DNA of 64,000 bases from Octopus vulgaris (GCA_951406725.2 OX597840.1:26846001-26910000), one strand, 5' to 3'; numbered from the stretch's first letter, positions 14,513-28,541 are shown. A program made the numbers and translations. The notes: generated by a model not told the origin, from the sequence alone.

Positions 14513-14846
14513 TTTATTTATTTGTCACAGGAAAGCAGATGAGGAGGATATCACAAATCTACAATTTTGCGTTAGGGTTTATACATTTAGACAAAACATG
14601 AGCAGGAAGGAAACGGAAATGTCGATGAAATGAAACAGAAAGCGTACGTGGTATAGAAAGTGCGTGACAACATGAACAATGCTGTTCTCCTGACGCAGGA
14701 GAACGTGCATCAAGAGCCAATCGACAAATCTCACAGATTTCAGCTTACCCTGACCGCCAAAAACATGAGCCCTCACCCAACGCTTCTGCTCAAAATTACA
14801 AGATTATGCTTGGCGTAGATACATTCGCCTCAACTATTTTTTGCAA

Positions 14847-15446
14847 GGCGGCGAGCTGGCAGAAACGTTAGCACGCCGGGCGAAATGCGTAGCCGTATTT
14901 CGTCTGCCGTTACGTTCTGAGTTCAAATTCCTCCGAGGTTGACTTTGCCTTTCATCCTTTCGGGTGTCGATTAATTAAGTACCAGTTACGCACTGGGGTC
15001 GATATAATCGACTTAATCCCTTTGTCTGTCCTTGCTTGTCCCCTTTGTGTTTAGCCCCTTGTGGGTATTAAAGAAATAAGTATTTCATCTGCTGTTACGT
15101 TCTGAGTTCAAATTCCTCCGAGGTTGACTTTGCCTTTCATCCTTTCGAGGTCGATTAAAAAAGTACCAGTTACGCACTGGGGTCGATATAATCGACTTAA
15201 TCCCTTTGTCTGTCCTTGTTTGTCCCCTTTGTGTTTAGCCCCTTGTGGGTATTAAAGAAATAAGTATTTCGTCAACCGTTACGTTCTGAGTTCAAATTCC
15301 TCCGAGGTTGACTTTGCCTTTCATCCTTTCGGGGTCGATTAAATAAGTACCAGTTATGCACTGGGGTCGATATAATCGACTTAATCCCTTTGTCTGTCCT
15401 TGTTTGTCCCCTTTGTGTTTAGCCCCTTGTGGGTAGTAAAGAAATA
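14847..15446 (+). mobile_element. SINE family A, one head plus three tandem ~184-bp bodies
   Basis: Head ggcggcgagctggcagaaacgttagc. Units start at 14895, 15080 and 15264. B-box-like gagttcaaattcc. Probable TSD tattttt(t)gc on both sides. Confidence 0.9.
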
Positions 15447-15646
15447 TATTTTTGCTGCAGTCACTTATCTATTCATAAATTCCCCAAGAGAGAGCGCTTC
15501 CCTCTTCTCCTTTAATTTTCTTTCCAGTAGAACTTAAAATTATTGAAGGGAGAGGTGTCTTTTCTCAATCCTTCCACCCTCGCCCACCACACAATCTCTT
15601 TCGCTATAATTTCGGGCCTTGTGTCTACAGTAGAAAAGAATTAAGG

Positions 15647-15818
15647 TGTTACGTTCTGAGTTCAAATTCCGCCGCGGTCGACTTTGCCTTTCATTCTTTC
15701 GGGGTCGATAAATTAAGTACCAGTTACACACTGGGGTCGATATAATCGACTTAATTCCTTTGTCTGCCTTTGTTTGTTCCCACTGTATTTAGCCCCTTGT
15801 GGGCAATAAAGAAATAAG
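15647..15818 (+). mobile_element. SINE family A body
   Basis: gttacgttctgagttcaaattccgcc...ttagccccttgtgggcaataaagaaataag. Confidence 0.85.
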
Positions 15819-16059
15819 AAAAGAATTATACATCTTAGAAAAATTAAAATCTCCACGAATTTGGCTTATACAGGGACGACGGGCTAGTAATATCTAAAGA
15901 TATGGACGGACATAGTTTATGTAGATACAGGAAAGGATTTATAGAAACGTTTATTAATTCACAGTCAAATTCGTCAGCAAATACTTATTGATCGGAGTTC
16001 TATAATCAACCATTTACTGAAAGTTTTGGTTGAAACAAGGATATTATGTGTGTGTATAT

Positions 16060-16272
16060 TTTTGTGTGTCTGTTTTTGTCCCCCCACCATCACTTGACAA
16101 CATATGCTGGTGTGTTTGCGTCCCCGTGATCCAGCGGTTCGGCAAAAGAGACCGATATAATAAGTACTAGGCTTACAAAGAATAAGTCCTGGGGTCGATG
16201 TGCTCGACTAAAGGCGGTACTCCAGCATGGCCGCAGTCAAATGACTGAAACAAGTAAAAGAGTAAAAAGAGT
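16060..16272 (+). mobile_element. SINE family B 3' half
   Basis: gcggttcggcaaaagagaccgat...ccagcatggccgcagtcaaatgactgaaacaagtaaaagag. Confidence 0.85.
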
Positions 16273-16919
16273 AATCCAACAAAATCTCTAAATTTAATTG
16301 ATTTGCGGATGGATTTTTATGAATTAGACATATAGAGCTAATTAGCTGAAATGATAATTTGAAATAAATTGAAGTCGGTGACAATTTAAATTTCCAAAAA
16401 TTACTTGTAAATTGTTTAAACGAAAATGTAAATATATTTAAATGTCGGTGGGTAAAATAAATTAGCATGCTTCATTAAGACTCGAATTATAATTAAATTA
16501 GTTTGTGATATATGTTAGCATTGATTGAAGTTGCTACAGACATTTCACACGTCTTGATCGCGATGGAGATTTCTTAATAAAAGTTCGATAGCAAAGTTCA
16601 TTGTCGTGGGTGTTGCTGTAACTGTTGTTGTTGCTGCTGGTGTTGTTGTTGTTTTTGCTGTTGTTGCTGTTGTTGTTGGGGCTGTTTTATATATATATAA
16701 TCAGTTTAAAATGCAGCTGACAGCTACTGTGTGAAGAATCTTAGTTTTAATTTTGCATATTTGGTCTGTACGTTGCGCACACATAGGCACGCAGCATATG
16801 TGTGTATGTGTGTGTGTCTGTGTGTGTATGTCTGCGTGTGTATATGTGTGAGTGTGTGTAGATATATATGTATGATTTTGATTTTTTGATTTTTCCAGTT
16901 TCAGCTAATGAGCTTTCGT

Positions 16920-17424
<505 letters not shown>

Positions 17425-17789
17425 TGTTTCTTTATTAGCCACACAGGGCTGCACACAGACGGGACAAATCACAAGGTAGAGCTTTTCTTTTTGGGGATAA
17501 AAAAAGGGGTTAGGTTTTCGATCAAAAGGGATCGTAAAAAGGAAAGAAAGAGGAAAGCAAAAAAAAAAAAAAGAAAACGAAAAGAAAAAGAAAAAAAGGA
17601 AAAAAGAAAATAAAAAAAGATAGATAGATAGATTGACAGACAGATATTATAGAAAGATAGATAGAAAGATAGACAGATAGATAAATAGGCCCGATATTGT
17701 TACTTGGGACGGACAAGAAAAAGTATGAACCGTCACAGATGTCAGATGTCCTGCTGGTATAGCTATCTCTCCGAAAGAGGAGGAGAACA

Positions 17790-17998
17790 GGTTTTACAGT
17801 TCCAGTGATGGATTGGATCTGTAGTCAAATTAGCTTTCTCATTTCTGGTTTTGAGAAGCTTAATTTCTGAAGATTGGTATTTAGGTAGTGTGTTACATAT
17901 CCCAGGGTCCAAATAATCACAGGTATAAACCTGAACTTGTAATCTGGATAGAGTAACTACAGATTTCCCAATAGTTCAGCATAGCTATTCTGTTTTTG
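17790..17998 (-). pseudogene. C-terminal RLE-domain remnant of a non-LTR retrotransposon
   Basis: Manual translation QKQNSYAELLGNL*LLYPDYKFRFIPVIIWTLGYVTHYLNTNLQKLSFSKPEMRKLI*LQIQSITGTVK follows the K..Y..L / P.IIGALG / Q...I.GT pattern also seen at the end of the 39012 ORF. Confidence 0.7.
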
Positions 17999-18089
17999 GA
18001 ATCGTTGTTAGTAGCCAGCTCCTTCCGTGGAGGAAAATTTCACATAATTAAAAATAGAAGAGAGCTTACGTATACATACATCTATACAT

Positions 18090-18288
18090 AGTTAATCGAA
18101 ACAAGAAAGCACAAAAAAACACAACAACGCGAGGACGTGGAACAAATATAGTAATATTGGACGCTCAGGAAAGAAGGAGGGTATAACGTTTCGAGCGGAG
18201 CTCTTCGTCAGAAACATAGGAGAAGGAAAGATCCATAGAAGGGAAGACAGAGGAAAAAATCGCCAACGGTACACACGCGGTCACACAT
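18090..18288 (-). mobile_element. Short Penelope-like pLTR element (family P1)
   Basis: Homologous to 42892-43103 on the opposite strand, and its 3' tail recurs at ~20915-21020. Contains a hammerhead-like motif. Confidence 0.75.
18181..18215 (-). ncRNA. Minimal hammerhead-like motif, extra-A variant
   Basis: GUUU-CUGACGA-A-GAGC(ucc)GCUC-GAAA-CGUU-AUAC, with palindromic AACGUU helix III. Confidence 0.75.
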
Positions 18289-19343
18289 TTTTATATACAT
18301 ACATTTGTACAAACATACATACATTTATATACACTTTCATACATTTATGCATGCATACATACATACATACATACATACATACATACATGCATAGACACTT
18401 ACATACATACACAGATAATCACACATACATACATGCATACACATATACATGCATACATTTATACATGCATATATGCATACATAAGTATATACATACACAT
18501 TTATACATGCACATATAGACACAAAAAGTGTAGATATACATATACAAAGTCTACCACAAACACACACATACTGATACGCATACATACATACATACATTTG
18601 TACAAACATACATACATTTATATACAGATACATACATTTATGCATACATACATACATACATACATACATAGATACATACATAGACACTTACATACATACA
18701 CACACAGACACTCACACATACATACATGCATACATACATACATACATACATACATACATACATACATACATACATACATACATACATTTATACATGCATA
18801 TATCCATACATAAGTATATACATACATACCCATTTATACATGCACATATAGACACAGGAAAGCACAGATATACATATAGAAAGTCAACCACCAACACACA
18901 CATACATATACATATACACGTGCATAGCACTCAAAGCCAGGCAGACAGACACACAGACAGACAGATGTTCTGTTTCCATGCCAGTGAATAATATTAATAA
19001 GTGCAATTATTGATAAGAATTCCAGGATTTAATTCCAGTTATTTCTGTAACAGTACGTGTTCACACACACACACACACACACACACAGTCACACACACAT
19101 GCTCGCGCACGCACACACTCGCTCACCCAACATACTCTCACACACAAACATCCCCAACGCGCAAGCACATACACATATGCATAATAACAGACACTCACAT
19201 ACGAACAACGTACACATAGATACACGCACACACAGTCATACTCACAATGAGAGACTGAGAAAACAGCTTATAGCTACACACACTCATACACGCACATACA
19301 CATACAGACACGCACGTATCTATTATTATTATATATATATATC

Positions 19344-19416
<73 letters not shown>

Positions 19417-19639
19417 CGTACGAATATATATATATATGCATGTGTGTATGCATTCATATATATATATATATATATATATGTATGTGGCTTTGTGATGAGA
19501 AGCTTTCTTCTCAACCACCTGGTTCCAGGTTCAGTCCCACTGTGTGACACTTAGGGCAAGTGGCATCTACTATAACCTCAGGCTGACCAAAGCTTCATAA
19601 GTGGATCTGGCAGATGGAAACTGAAAGAAGCCTGTCATT

Positions 19640-19752
<113 letters not shown>

Positions 19753-19763
19753 CATATATATAA

Positions 19764-19856
<93 letters not shown>

Positions 19857-19861
19857 TATAA

Positions 19862-19943
<82 letters not shown>

Positions 19944-19949
19944 ATATAC

Positions 19950-20140
19950 GCTATGATTGACTGCTAGCTCCAAAGGCTTTTTTTATTCTCCCTCTGTTCA
20001 TTTCCTTGTGTTCCTTTCTGTTGAAGAGCATAGGCTCGAAACACGAAAGACTTTCTCACCTTCCCGAACGTCAAACTAATACACTTGCTTGTTGTTCATA
20101 CACCTATCTTCGTCTTTTTATTTTTTCTGTAAAATTCAAC
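19950..20140 (+). mobile_element. Short Penelope-like pLTR element (family P2) with degenerate hammerhead at 20014-20049
   Basis: CUUU-CUGUUGA-A-GAGC(auag)GCUC-GAAA-CACG-AAAG. Homologous to 33065-33235 and 42205-42406. Ends in (TA)n. Confidence 0.65.
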
Positions 20141-20183
<43 letters not shown>

Positions 20184-20527
20184 CTGGAGCATTCGTCGTC
20201 GTGACCGACGGATTGCCATATTTTTTCTATATATATGAGTGCATACGCCAGCGTATTTCTCTATGCATAAATGAACGTTACGAAGCCATACTCGCACACA
20301 TTCACACCACTGTACGTAAATACTTTTAAGGAACCACTCTTGCCGAATCGTCTGCGCGTCGGGCAAAGTATTAAGCGGTATTACTTCCGGTTGAAATCCT
20401 GCCGAGGTCGTTCCTCCTTTCAAGGTCAGTACAATAAAGTACCAGTCAAGTACTGGGGTCAATGTAATCGACAATACATACCCACCCCAACAATTGTCGG
20501 CCTTGAGATGAACCTTAAACCACTGCA

Positions 20528-20606
<79 letters not shown>

Positions 20607-20756
20607 GATATATATATGTATATATATATGTATGTATATATATATATATATATTGTTGTATTTTTGGGACGCTCATTTATTTATTTATTTATTTACTTCG
20701 CCGAAAAACACACGCACCATATATTCCTTCTTCACTCAATACATACATACATATAT

Positions 20757-20834
<78 letters not shown>

Positions 20835-21273
20835 GTGTATATATATATATACATATACATATATATAAATATATATACATATATATACATATATATATAT
20901 ACATATATATATATTCCCTTCTTTCCTGAGCGTCAATAATACTTTAATTGTTCCACGTCCTGCGTTGCTGTGTTTTTTTTCTCTTTTTTTTTCTGTGTTT
21001 TCTTGTTTGGATTAACTTTATACACGTATATATACATGTATGTATGTATGTATATATGTAAGTGTACGTGTGTGAGCGTGTGTGAAACAGCAGGAGTATA
21101 TTTGGTCTACCTCCAAGTTCTTGGAAAGTTGATAAGGAATCCTTGGAAATTTTTCTCACCTAAAGGTACGGAACAGGTGAACTGTCTAATCTCTCTCTCC
21201 CCCCTCTCTATCTCTATCTCTCTCACTCTTTCTCTCTCTGTTCCCTCTCTCTCCACCTCTCTGTCTTTCTCCC

Positions 21274-21351
<78 letters not shown>

Positions 21352-21569
21352 AATCCATCCATCTATCAGTGTAACTTTGTGTCTGTCTGTATGTGTGTGT
21401 CTATTTCTATATCAGTCTGTCTATCAATCGATCTAGGCAGTTGGACAAATGGTCGTAAAATCGTGGGTTCAATTCCTGGATCGGGCAGCGTGTTGTGTTC
21501 TTCACCGAGGCATTTCTTTTCATATGGCATCAGTTCACACCACAACATTTTATTTCCGGCAAATTGGGA

Positions 21570-21790
21570 CCCCTCAGACACTTTACCAATGCAAGAGTTT
21601 ACCTGGATGAGATTTTGTCCAAAGACGTAGATTGCAGAGGTTCAGTGACATATATTCCTCAATCATCGGATCTCACACCACAAGATAGTTCTTCTTTTTT
21701 ATGGGGACGCTTAAATGATTCAGTTTACGTGACAAAACCAGCAACAGTTGACGAATTGACAAAACCAGTAACTATTGAAGTAATATACTC
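21570..21790 (+). pseudogene. Tc1/mariner transposase C-terminal remnant
   Basis: YLDE...RGSVTYIPQSSDLTPQDSSSFLWGRLNDSVYVTKPATVDEL resembles the WPPRSPDLTPLDFFLWGxLKxxVY motif. Confidence 0.8.
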
Positions 21791-22209
21791 ATAAAGAGTA
21801 CACTAATTTAGTCTTCATGTTTGGAATTTCTTTACTTCGTGTTATCAGCAACACCAGGACCTGAACTGTTATAAATTGATTGAAAACAGCCGATCATAAA
21901 GAAAGATTGGATTTTGTCTGTAGATTCTATTAAGTTTGAGAAAAAAAGATGAAATATATATTTAATAAATACTGACTTTATAACCATACAATATCTATAT
22001 TCTGTTGTGTTACTCTATATATCGTAATCAAAATTTATATATATTATTTTTCATATCTATGAACATGGTGTTAAAAACGGTTAAACAAGTCAAATCCTCA
22101 GAGACATGAGATGAGATTGAAGATGAAGTGAAATAGTTCATAGAGTGTAAATCTATACTAGTCTGTGAAAAGAATATGCCATAATTTATAATGTCTACAT
22201 ATGTATCAG

Positions 22210-22698
22210 GTGGAGGTACATGGCCTAGAGGTTAGAGCAGCGGTCGAGGGATCGCGGGTTCGAATCTCAGACCGGGCGATGAGTGTGTTTATGAGTGAAA
22301 CACATAAGCTCCACGCGGCTCCGGCAGAAGGTAATGGCGAACTTCTGCTGACGTTTTCGCCACAACTTTCTCTCACCCTTTCTTCCTCCTGCATCTTGCA
22401 GCTCACCTGCGACGGACCGGCGTCCCGTCCAGGGATCGCGGGTTCGAATCTCAGACCGGGCGATGTGTGTGTTTATGAGCGGAACTCCTAAGCTCTACGC
22501 GGCTCCGTCAGAAGGTAATGGCGAACTTCTACTGACTCTTTCGCCACAACTTTCTCTCACTCTTTCCTCCTGCATCTTGCAGCTCACCTGCGATGGACCG
22601 GCGTCCCATCGAAGTGGGGAACCTATACGCCAAGGAAACCGGGAAACTGGCCCTTATAAACCAGGCATAGCTTGAGAAGGAACAAGAAGAAGAAGAAG
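22210..22698 (+). mobile_element. tRNA-headed SINE (family D relative) with internal tandem duplication and (GAA)n tail
   Basis: tggcctagaggttagagc A box and gggttcgaatc B box. Body restarts at 22247 and 22431. Confidence 0.85.
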
Positions 22699-22734
22699 TC
22701 ATATGTATAAGACATTAGTATTTGTGAAAATAAG

Positions 22735-23055
22735 GCAGAATCGTTAGCACCGTGGACGTAATGCTTAGCGATGTTTCGCCCGTCGCTACGCTCTGGGTTC
22801 AAATTCCGCCGAGGTCGACTTGGCCTTTCATCCTTTCGGGATTAAATAAGTACCAATTACGCACTGGGGTCAATGTAATCGATTCATCCCCAAGTCCCTA
22901 CAAATTTCAGGCCTTGCGCCTATGAGGAAAAAGATTATTTCGTCTGTCTTTACGTTCCGGGTACAAATTCCTCCGAGGTCGACTTTGCCTTTCATCCTTC
23001 TGGGTCGACTTACCCACCTTTTACTGAAATTGCTGGCCTTGTGCCAAAATTTCGA
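22735..23055 (+). mobile_element. SINE family A copies (diverged)
   Basis: ggcagaatcgttagcac head; ccgaggtcgact occurs twice. Confidence 0.75.
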
Positions 23056-23213
<158 letters not shown>

Positions 23214-23224
23214 CATCATCATCA

Positions 23225-23267
<43 letters not shown>

Positions 23268-23276
23268 CGTTAATAT

Positions 23277-23490
23277 GGCGAGCTGGTAGAATCGTTAGTA
23301 CGCAGGACGAAATGCGTAGCGGTATTTCGCCTCTCTTTTTCGTTCTGAGTTCAAATTCCGCCGAGGTCGGCTTTGCTTTTCATCTTTTCGGGGTCGATAA
23401 AATATGTACCAGTTATGCACTGGGGTCGATGTAATCGACTCATCCCCCACCTCCCTCAAAATTACTGCCCTTGCAGCAAAATTTGAAACC
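23277..23490 (+). mobile_element. SINE family A (alternative tail)
   Basis: ggcgagctggtagaatcgttag...gagttcaaattccgccgagg...gcactggggtcgatgtaatcgac. Confidence 0.85.
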
Positions 23491-24017
23491 ATTATTTTTT
23501 TTTTTTTTTCATAATTAAATTCATCAGAAATTTATAATTAGATTTTAATGTTGGAATCTGAAATATTAATTACTGCTCATTAAAAAGGAATGAATTTCTG
23601 ACTGACTTTTCTTTCCTTTTCTTTGTCTGTTTTCTTTTTTAAGCTTAATAGTTGTCAATGTTTCGAGTTACGGAAAGTAAAATATTATAGATTTATGCTC
23701 AGAAAATTAAATACATATTTGTATAATTACTTAGGAATTCAGACAGGAAAATTTCAGACTAATTAGTTAATTAAATTTTTATTGATTGGGTTTGTTTCGG
23801 GTTACGGAAATAAAATATTTTTATGAATTTATGCATTTTAAAATTAAGTATTTATGTTTTTGTGATTATTTAAATATTAAACGAAGAAAATTTCGGACTA
23901 ATTAATATTTAATAAATGCCGAACAAATATATTTAAAATAGGAAGAAAAAGAAATAAGTTTTGATAAAATTAATGCGCATTTCATTAAATACTCTTTTGT
24001 AAATTTCTTTTCATATA

Positions 24018-24208
24018 CAATGTGTTCAAAAAGTCTCTCCGCAGCGAATTTTTTTTATCCTGCAGAAATCAACCTAGGAACTGCTCACACCGCAGTAAAA
24101 AAAAGTCTTCTACAGTCTAATGTATTCTTTTGTAGTCTTATAGCCATCTTATAAATATTTATTTTTATAATAAAATACTTACTGCGGAGAGAATTTTTGA
24201 ACACCAAA
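24018..24208. mobile_element. Mariner-like MITE
   Basis: 23-bp inverted repeat (24022-24044 vs 24182-24204, 1 mismatch), each copy lying 4 nt inside a flanking TA. Confidence 0.75.
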
Positions 24209-24213
24209 TATAA

Positions 24214-24611
24214 TCTACATATATAAAGCTGAAGTTGTCTGTGTGTGTGTGTGCCAGGTTTGGCAGCCTTCAACAAACACTATCTCCTCCAAGACCCTGC
24301 GGTGCAAGTTGAACAAAATTGTAGAGTATGATAGAAGAAGGCTTGCTCTTCCTTCCGTAGAAGAAAAAATTCAAATCGGACCATGTTAGCACCAAAAATT
24401 ATTTACATCAAAAACGTGCTTTTTTTTCTATGAAAATCCCTATTTTTTACGATTTTTTTACTGCTGTGTCGCCACTTTTCGGTGTATTTCAACCAGAAAA
24501 ATGTTCACTTAAAGAGAATAACAATCTACATAATGCAAAATTTTTTCTTTGCAAAAATTCCAATTCTAAAGGGTCGAAACAAACCCGAGCAACGACGGGC
24601 GATACTGCTAG
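24214..24611 (+). mobile_element. Non-autonomous Helitron
   Basis: A|TCtacatatataaa 5' end, subterminal hairpin cccg-agcaacga-cggg, CTAG|T 3' end, no TSD. Termini match 36863-37369. Confidence 0.85.
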
Positions 24612-24679
24612 TATACCATAAATACAGAAATATTCAAATCACAAAGATTCTATTCGGGTCTTTTACAATCTAAAATTGG

Positions 24680-25782
24680 ATTCAAATTTTGGCACAAAGC
24701 AAAGTTCATATCTGTCCCGAAAGGACGAAAAGTAAAAGTCGACTTCGGCAGCTTTTGAACTCACCCTGTAAAGACAGATGATATGCCATTAAGTATTCTG
24801 CTCTGTGTGGTTGCGATTCTGACAGCTCGCCGTCTTAATATTTATTTATTTATTACCCACAGGGAGCTAAACATAGAGGGGACAGGCAAAGAGATAAAGT
24901 CGATTACATCGGCCCCAGTGCGTAACTGGTACCTATTTAACCAACCCAGAAAGGATGAAAGGCAAAGTCGACCTCGGCGGAATTTGAACTCAGAACGAAA
25001 AGACATACAAAATACCTATTTCTTTACTGCCCACAAGGGGCTAAACACAGAGAGGACAAACATGGACAGACAAAGAGATTAAATCGATAACATCGACCCC
25101 AGAGCGTAACTGGTACTTTAGTTAATCGACCCCGAAAGGATAAACGGCAAAGTCGAGCTCGGCAGAATTTGAACTCAGAACGTAACGGCAGACGAAATAC
25201 CATTAATCATTACGCCTGGCGTGCTAACGATGCTGCCAGCTCGCAGCCCTAAAATTTTTAGGGAGGTGGCCAGTCGATTAGATCGATCCTAGTACGCAAC
25301 TAGTACTTAATCTATCGAACCTCAAAGGATGAGAGGCAAAGTCGACCTCGGTGGAATTTGAACTCAGAACGAAAAGACATACGAAATACCCATTTCTTTA
25401 CTACCCACAAGGGGCTAAACACAGAGAGGACAAACAAGAACAGAGAAACGGATTAAGTCGATTATACCGACCCCAGTGCGTAACTGGTACTTAATTTATC
25501 GACCCCGAAAGAATGAAAAGCAAAGTCGACCTCGGCGGTATTCGAACTCAGAACGTAACTGCAGATGAAATACCTATTTCTATTTCTTTACTACCCACAA
25601 GGGGCTAAACATAGAGGGGACAAACAAGGACAGACAAAGGGATTAAGTCGATTATATCGACCCCAGTGCGTAACTGCTACTTATTTAATCGACCCCGAAA
25701 TTTGAACTCAGAACGTTGCGGCAGACGAAATACAGCTAAGCATTTCGCCCGGCGTGCTAACGTTTCTGCCAGCTCGCTGTCT
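24680..25782 (-). mobile_element. Cluster/array of SINE family A copies
   Basis: Repeated aaagtcgacctcggcggaatttgaactcagaacg and gaaatacctatttctttactacccacaaggggctaaac. Heads at ~25245 and ~25775. Confidence 0.9.
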
Positions 25783-26023
25783 TAATATTGTCAATAAATG
25801 AACTTCTCAAATTTCGGGTGCTTGTGAATCGCTTCTGAGTTTTAGGTGAAACCAACTGTTAACGTGTGAAGAATCTAGAAGATTTCATTGATTAATTTTC
25901 TTAAGTGGATTCTAAGGACAGGATTGTGACTGATTGACGATCTGGAAATAATTGGAGTTAATCACCTAGCCATTAATATTCAGAAAAGAATTCGTATTGT
26001 ATTGTGTGAAAACGATAGCAAAA

Positions 26024-27033
26024 ACCTGTTCTGCAATAAACAGCGACTCACATTTTTTTTTTCAGAAAAAAACACAAAAATATAATTTTAATTTGGATTT
26101 ATGACAGATTAGGAAAACGATTGAACAAGTTGTTCTTAAAACACACTGCAAGGCCTTTCAGCCTTGTGTCAGTCATTTGTAAGCTGGCAGAAGCGTCGTA
26201 TTCCAGGCGGTATTCTTTTTTTCCTTTTTTTTTTTTCGAGTCCTAACGTTCTGGGTTCAAATTCTGCCGAGGTCAAATTTGTTTCTCATTCATTTCAGGG
26301 TTTTGATAAAATTAAGTAACAATCGTGGGATCTTTTCGGTTTGAACGGCAGTTTTTTCTAGCAGTGTCATATGAAATTGTCACCCATAATTATGACCCAA
26401 GTATCGATCTATTGCATTTCAATCTGTTTTAAGGTTAGGGTTAGTTAGGGGGGAAGGGTATCTTTTTATCTTCACAAATGTAAATAAACCCAATCTGTTT
26501 CTTAAATGAGGGACATATTCATACGGCACAGAAAGTTTTCACCTCAATAGACGTCAATGATTGGTTGAAATTGCAGAAATTGAAGAAAAACCAACAACAA
26601 ATATCTTACAAACCATAGAATTTTCTCAATAAAGCCAAGAGAAAAAGATGTTTTATAAACACATTCTACCAGTATACGAAGTTTAACATTTTTTAGTTAC
26701 CTAGAAATTATTTTTAAAAAACTGCCGTTCAAACCGAAAAGATCCACTTGTTCTGCAATAAACAGTGAATTACATTTTCTTCAGAAAAAACATAAAAATA
26801 TAATTTTAGTTCGGATTTATGACAGATTAAAAAAAAGATTGAACAAGTTGTTCTTAAAACACAGTGGAAGGCCTTTCAGCCTTGTGTCAGTCATTTGTAA
26901 GCTGGCAGAAGCGTCGTATTCCAGGCGGTATTCTTTCTTTTTCCGAATCCTAACGTTCTCAGTTCGAATTCTACCGAGGTCAACTTTACTTATCGTTTAT
27001 TTCAGGGTTTTGATAAAATTAAGTAACAATCGT
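26024..27033. repeat. ~290-300 bp direct duplication (26024-26326 and 26746-27033) bracketing the MITE
   Basis: Both copies run from ac(c/t)tgttctgcaataaacag to attaagtaacaatcgt. Confidence 0.9.
26328..26745. mobile_element. MITE with perfect 30-bp TIRs
   Basis: ggatcttttcggtttgaacggcagtttttt at 26328-26357 and its exact reverse complement at 26716-26745. Internal ggttagggttagttaggg. Confidence 0.9.
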
Positions 27034-27124
27034 CTGCTGATGATGATGTAATCGAATGTTCCTTCCCTGAAAGATACTGGCCTTGTCTTGTCCCAACATT
27101 TGAAGAAAATATTTATCATTATCG

Positions 27125-27520
27125 GTTTCGAACTTTGATACAAGGCCAGCAATTTCAAAGAAGGGTTTTAGTCGATTACATCGAGCTCAATACACAATTA
27201 GTACATAACTTATTGACCACGAAAGGATGAAAGGCAAAGTCAACCTCAGCGGTATTTGAACTCAGAACGTATGCCAGAAGAAATGCCGTGAAGTATATGT
27301 TTCTTTTTTGTCCGACGCGGTAACGATTCTACCAGCTCGCTGCCTTACATTATTATTGTTGTTGTTGTTATTATTATTCAGACGGCAAAAGGCATCGAGC
27401 TGGCAGAAACATTAGCACGCCGGGTGAAATGCTAAGCGGTACGTTTGCCGCTACGTTCTGAGTTCAAATTCGGCCGAGGTCGACTTTGCCTTTCATCCTT
27501 TCGAGGTCGATTAAATAAAT
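27125..27520. mobile_element. Two SINE family A copies, divergently oriented
   Basis: Minus copy at ~27125-27345 and plus copy at ~27390-27520. Confidence 0.8.
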
Positions 27521-27697
27521 AATCGATTAAAGTGCTTAGTGACCTTCGATCCTCTTATACATCATGAAAACTGAGTCACCAGCCTCATGAATCCTAGGGT
27601 TAAAGAAAACAATAATTTTTGCATTTGACATTTTCCTCTATAGAAAATTGTATATTTTATCTTTTATTCTTATATATATATATATATATATATATGC

Positions 27698-27730
<33 letters not shown>

Positions 27731-28096
27731 TGTATTTCTGTGTCTGTGTTTGTCTTCCACCATTGCTTGACAACTGATGTTGGTCTGTTTACATCCCCGT
27801 AACTAAACGGTTTGACTAAAAAGACCCACAGAATAAGTACTAGGCTTACAAAGAATAAGCCCTGGAGTCGATTTGTTCGACTAAAGGGGGTACTCCAGCA
27901 TGGCCGCTGTCAAATGTCTGAAACAAGTAACAGACTATATACATACAACGGGCTTCTTTCAGTTTCCATCTACGTAATCCACTCACAAGTCTTTAGTCGA
28001 CTCGAGACAACAGTAAAAGACACTTGCCTCAGGTGCCACGCAGTGGGACTGAACCCGGAACTATGAGGTTGAGAAGCAAGCCGCGCCTGCGCCTAT

Positions 28097-28307
28097 TACT
28101 CTTTTACTCTTTTACTTGTTTCAGTCATTTGAATGCGGCCATGCTGGAGCACCGCCTTTAGTCGAGCAAATCGACCCCGGGACTTATTCTTTGTAAGCCC
28201 AGTACTTATTCTATCGGTCTCTTTTGCCGAACCGCTAAGTGACGGGGACGTAAACACACCAGCATCGGTTGTCAAGCAATGCTAGAGGGACAAACACACA
28301 CACACAA

Positions 28308-28370
<63 letters not shown>

Positions 28371-28541
28371 CATATATACGACAGGCTTCTTTCAGTTTCC
28401 GTCTACCAAATCCACTCACAAGGCATTGATCGGCCCGAGGCTATAGCAGAAGACACTTGCCCAAGATGCCACGCAGTGGGACTGAACCCGGAACCATGTG
28501 GTTGGTTAGCAAGTTACTTACCACACAGCCACTCCTGCGCC
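28097..28541 (-). mobile_element. SINE family B, full length
   Basis: Near-consensus copy with internal (CA)n(TA)n. Further B fragments lie at 27735-28095. Confidence 0.92.

Noticed and set aside
14520-14815. Possible LINE 3' end on the minus strand
   Set aside because: Only vague peptide resemblance, with no diagnostic motif.
26430-26460. TTAGGG-like telomeric repeats
   Set aside because: Only 2-3 imperfect units inside a MITE; not an interstitial telomere array.
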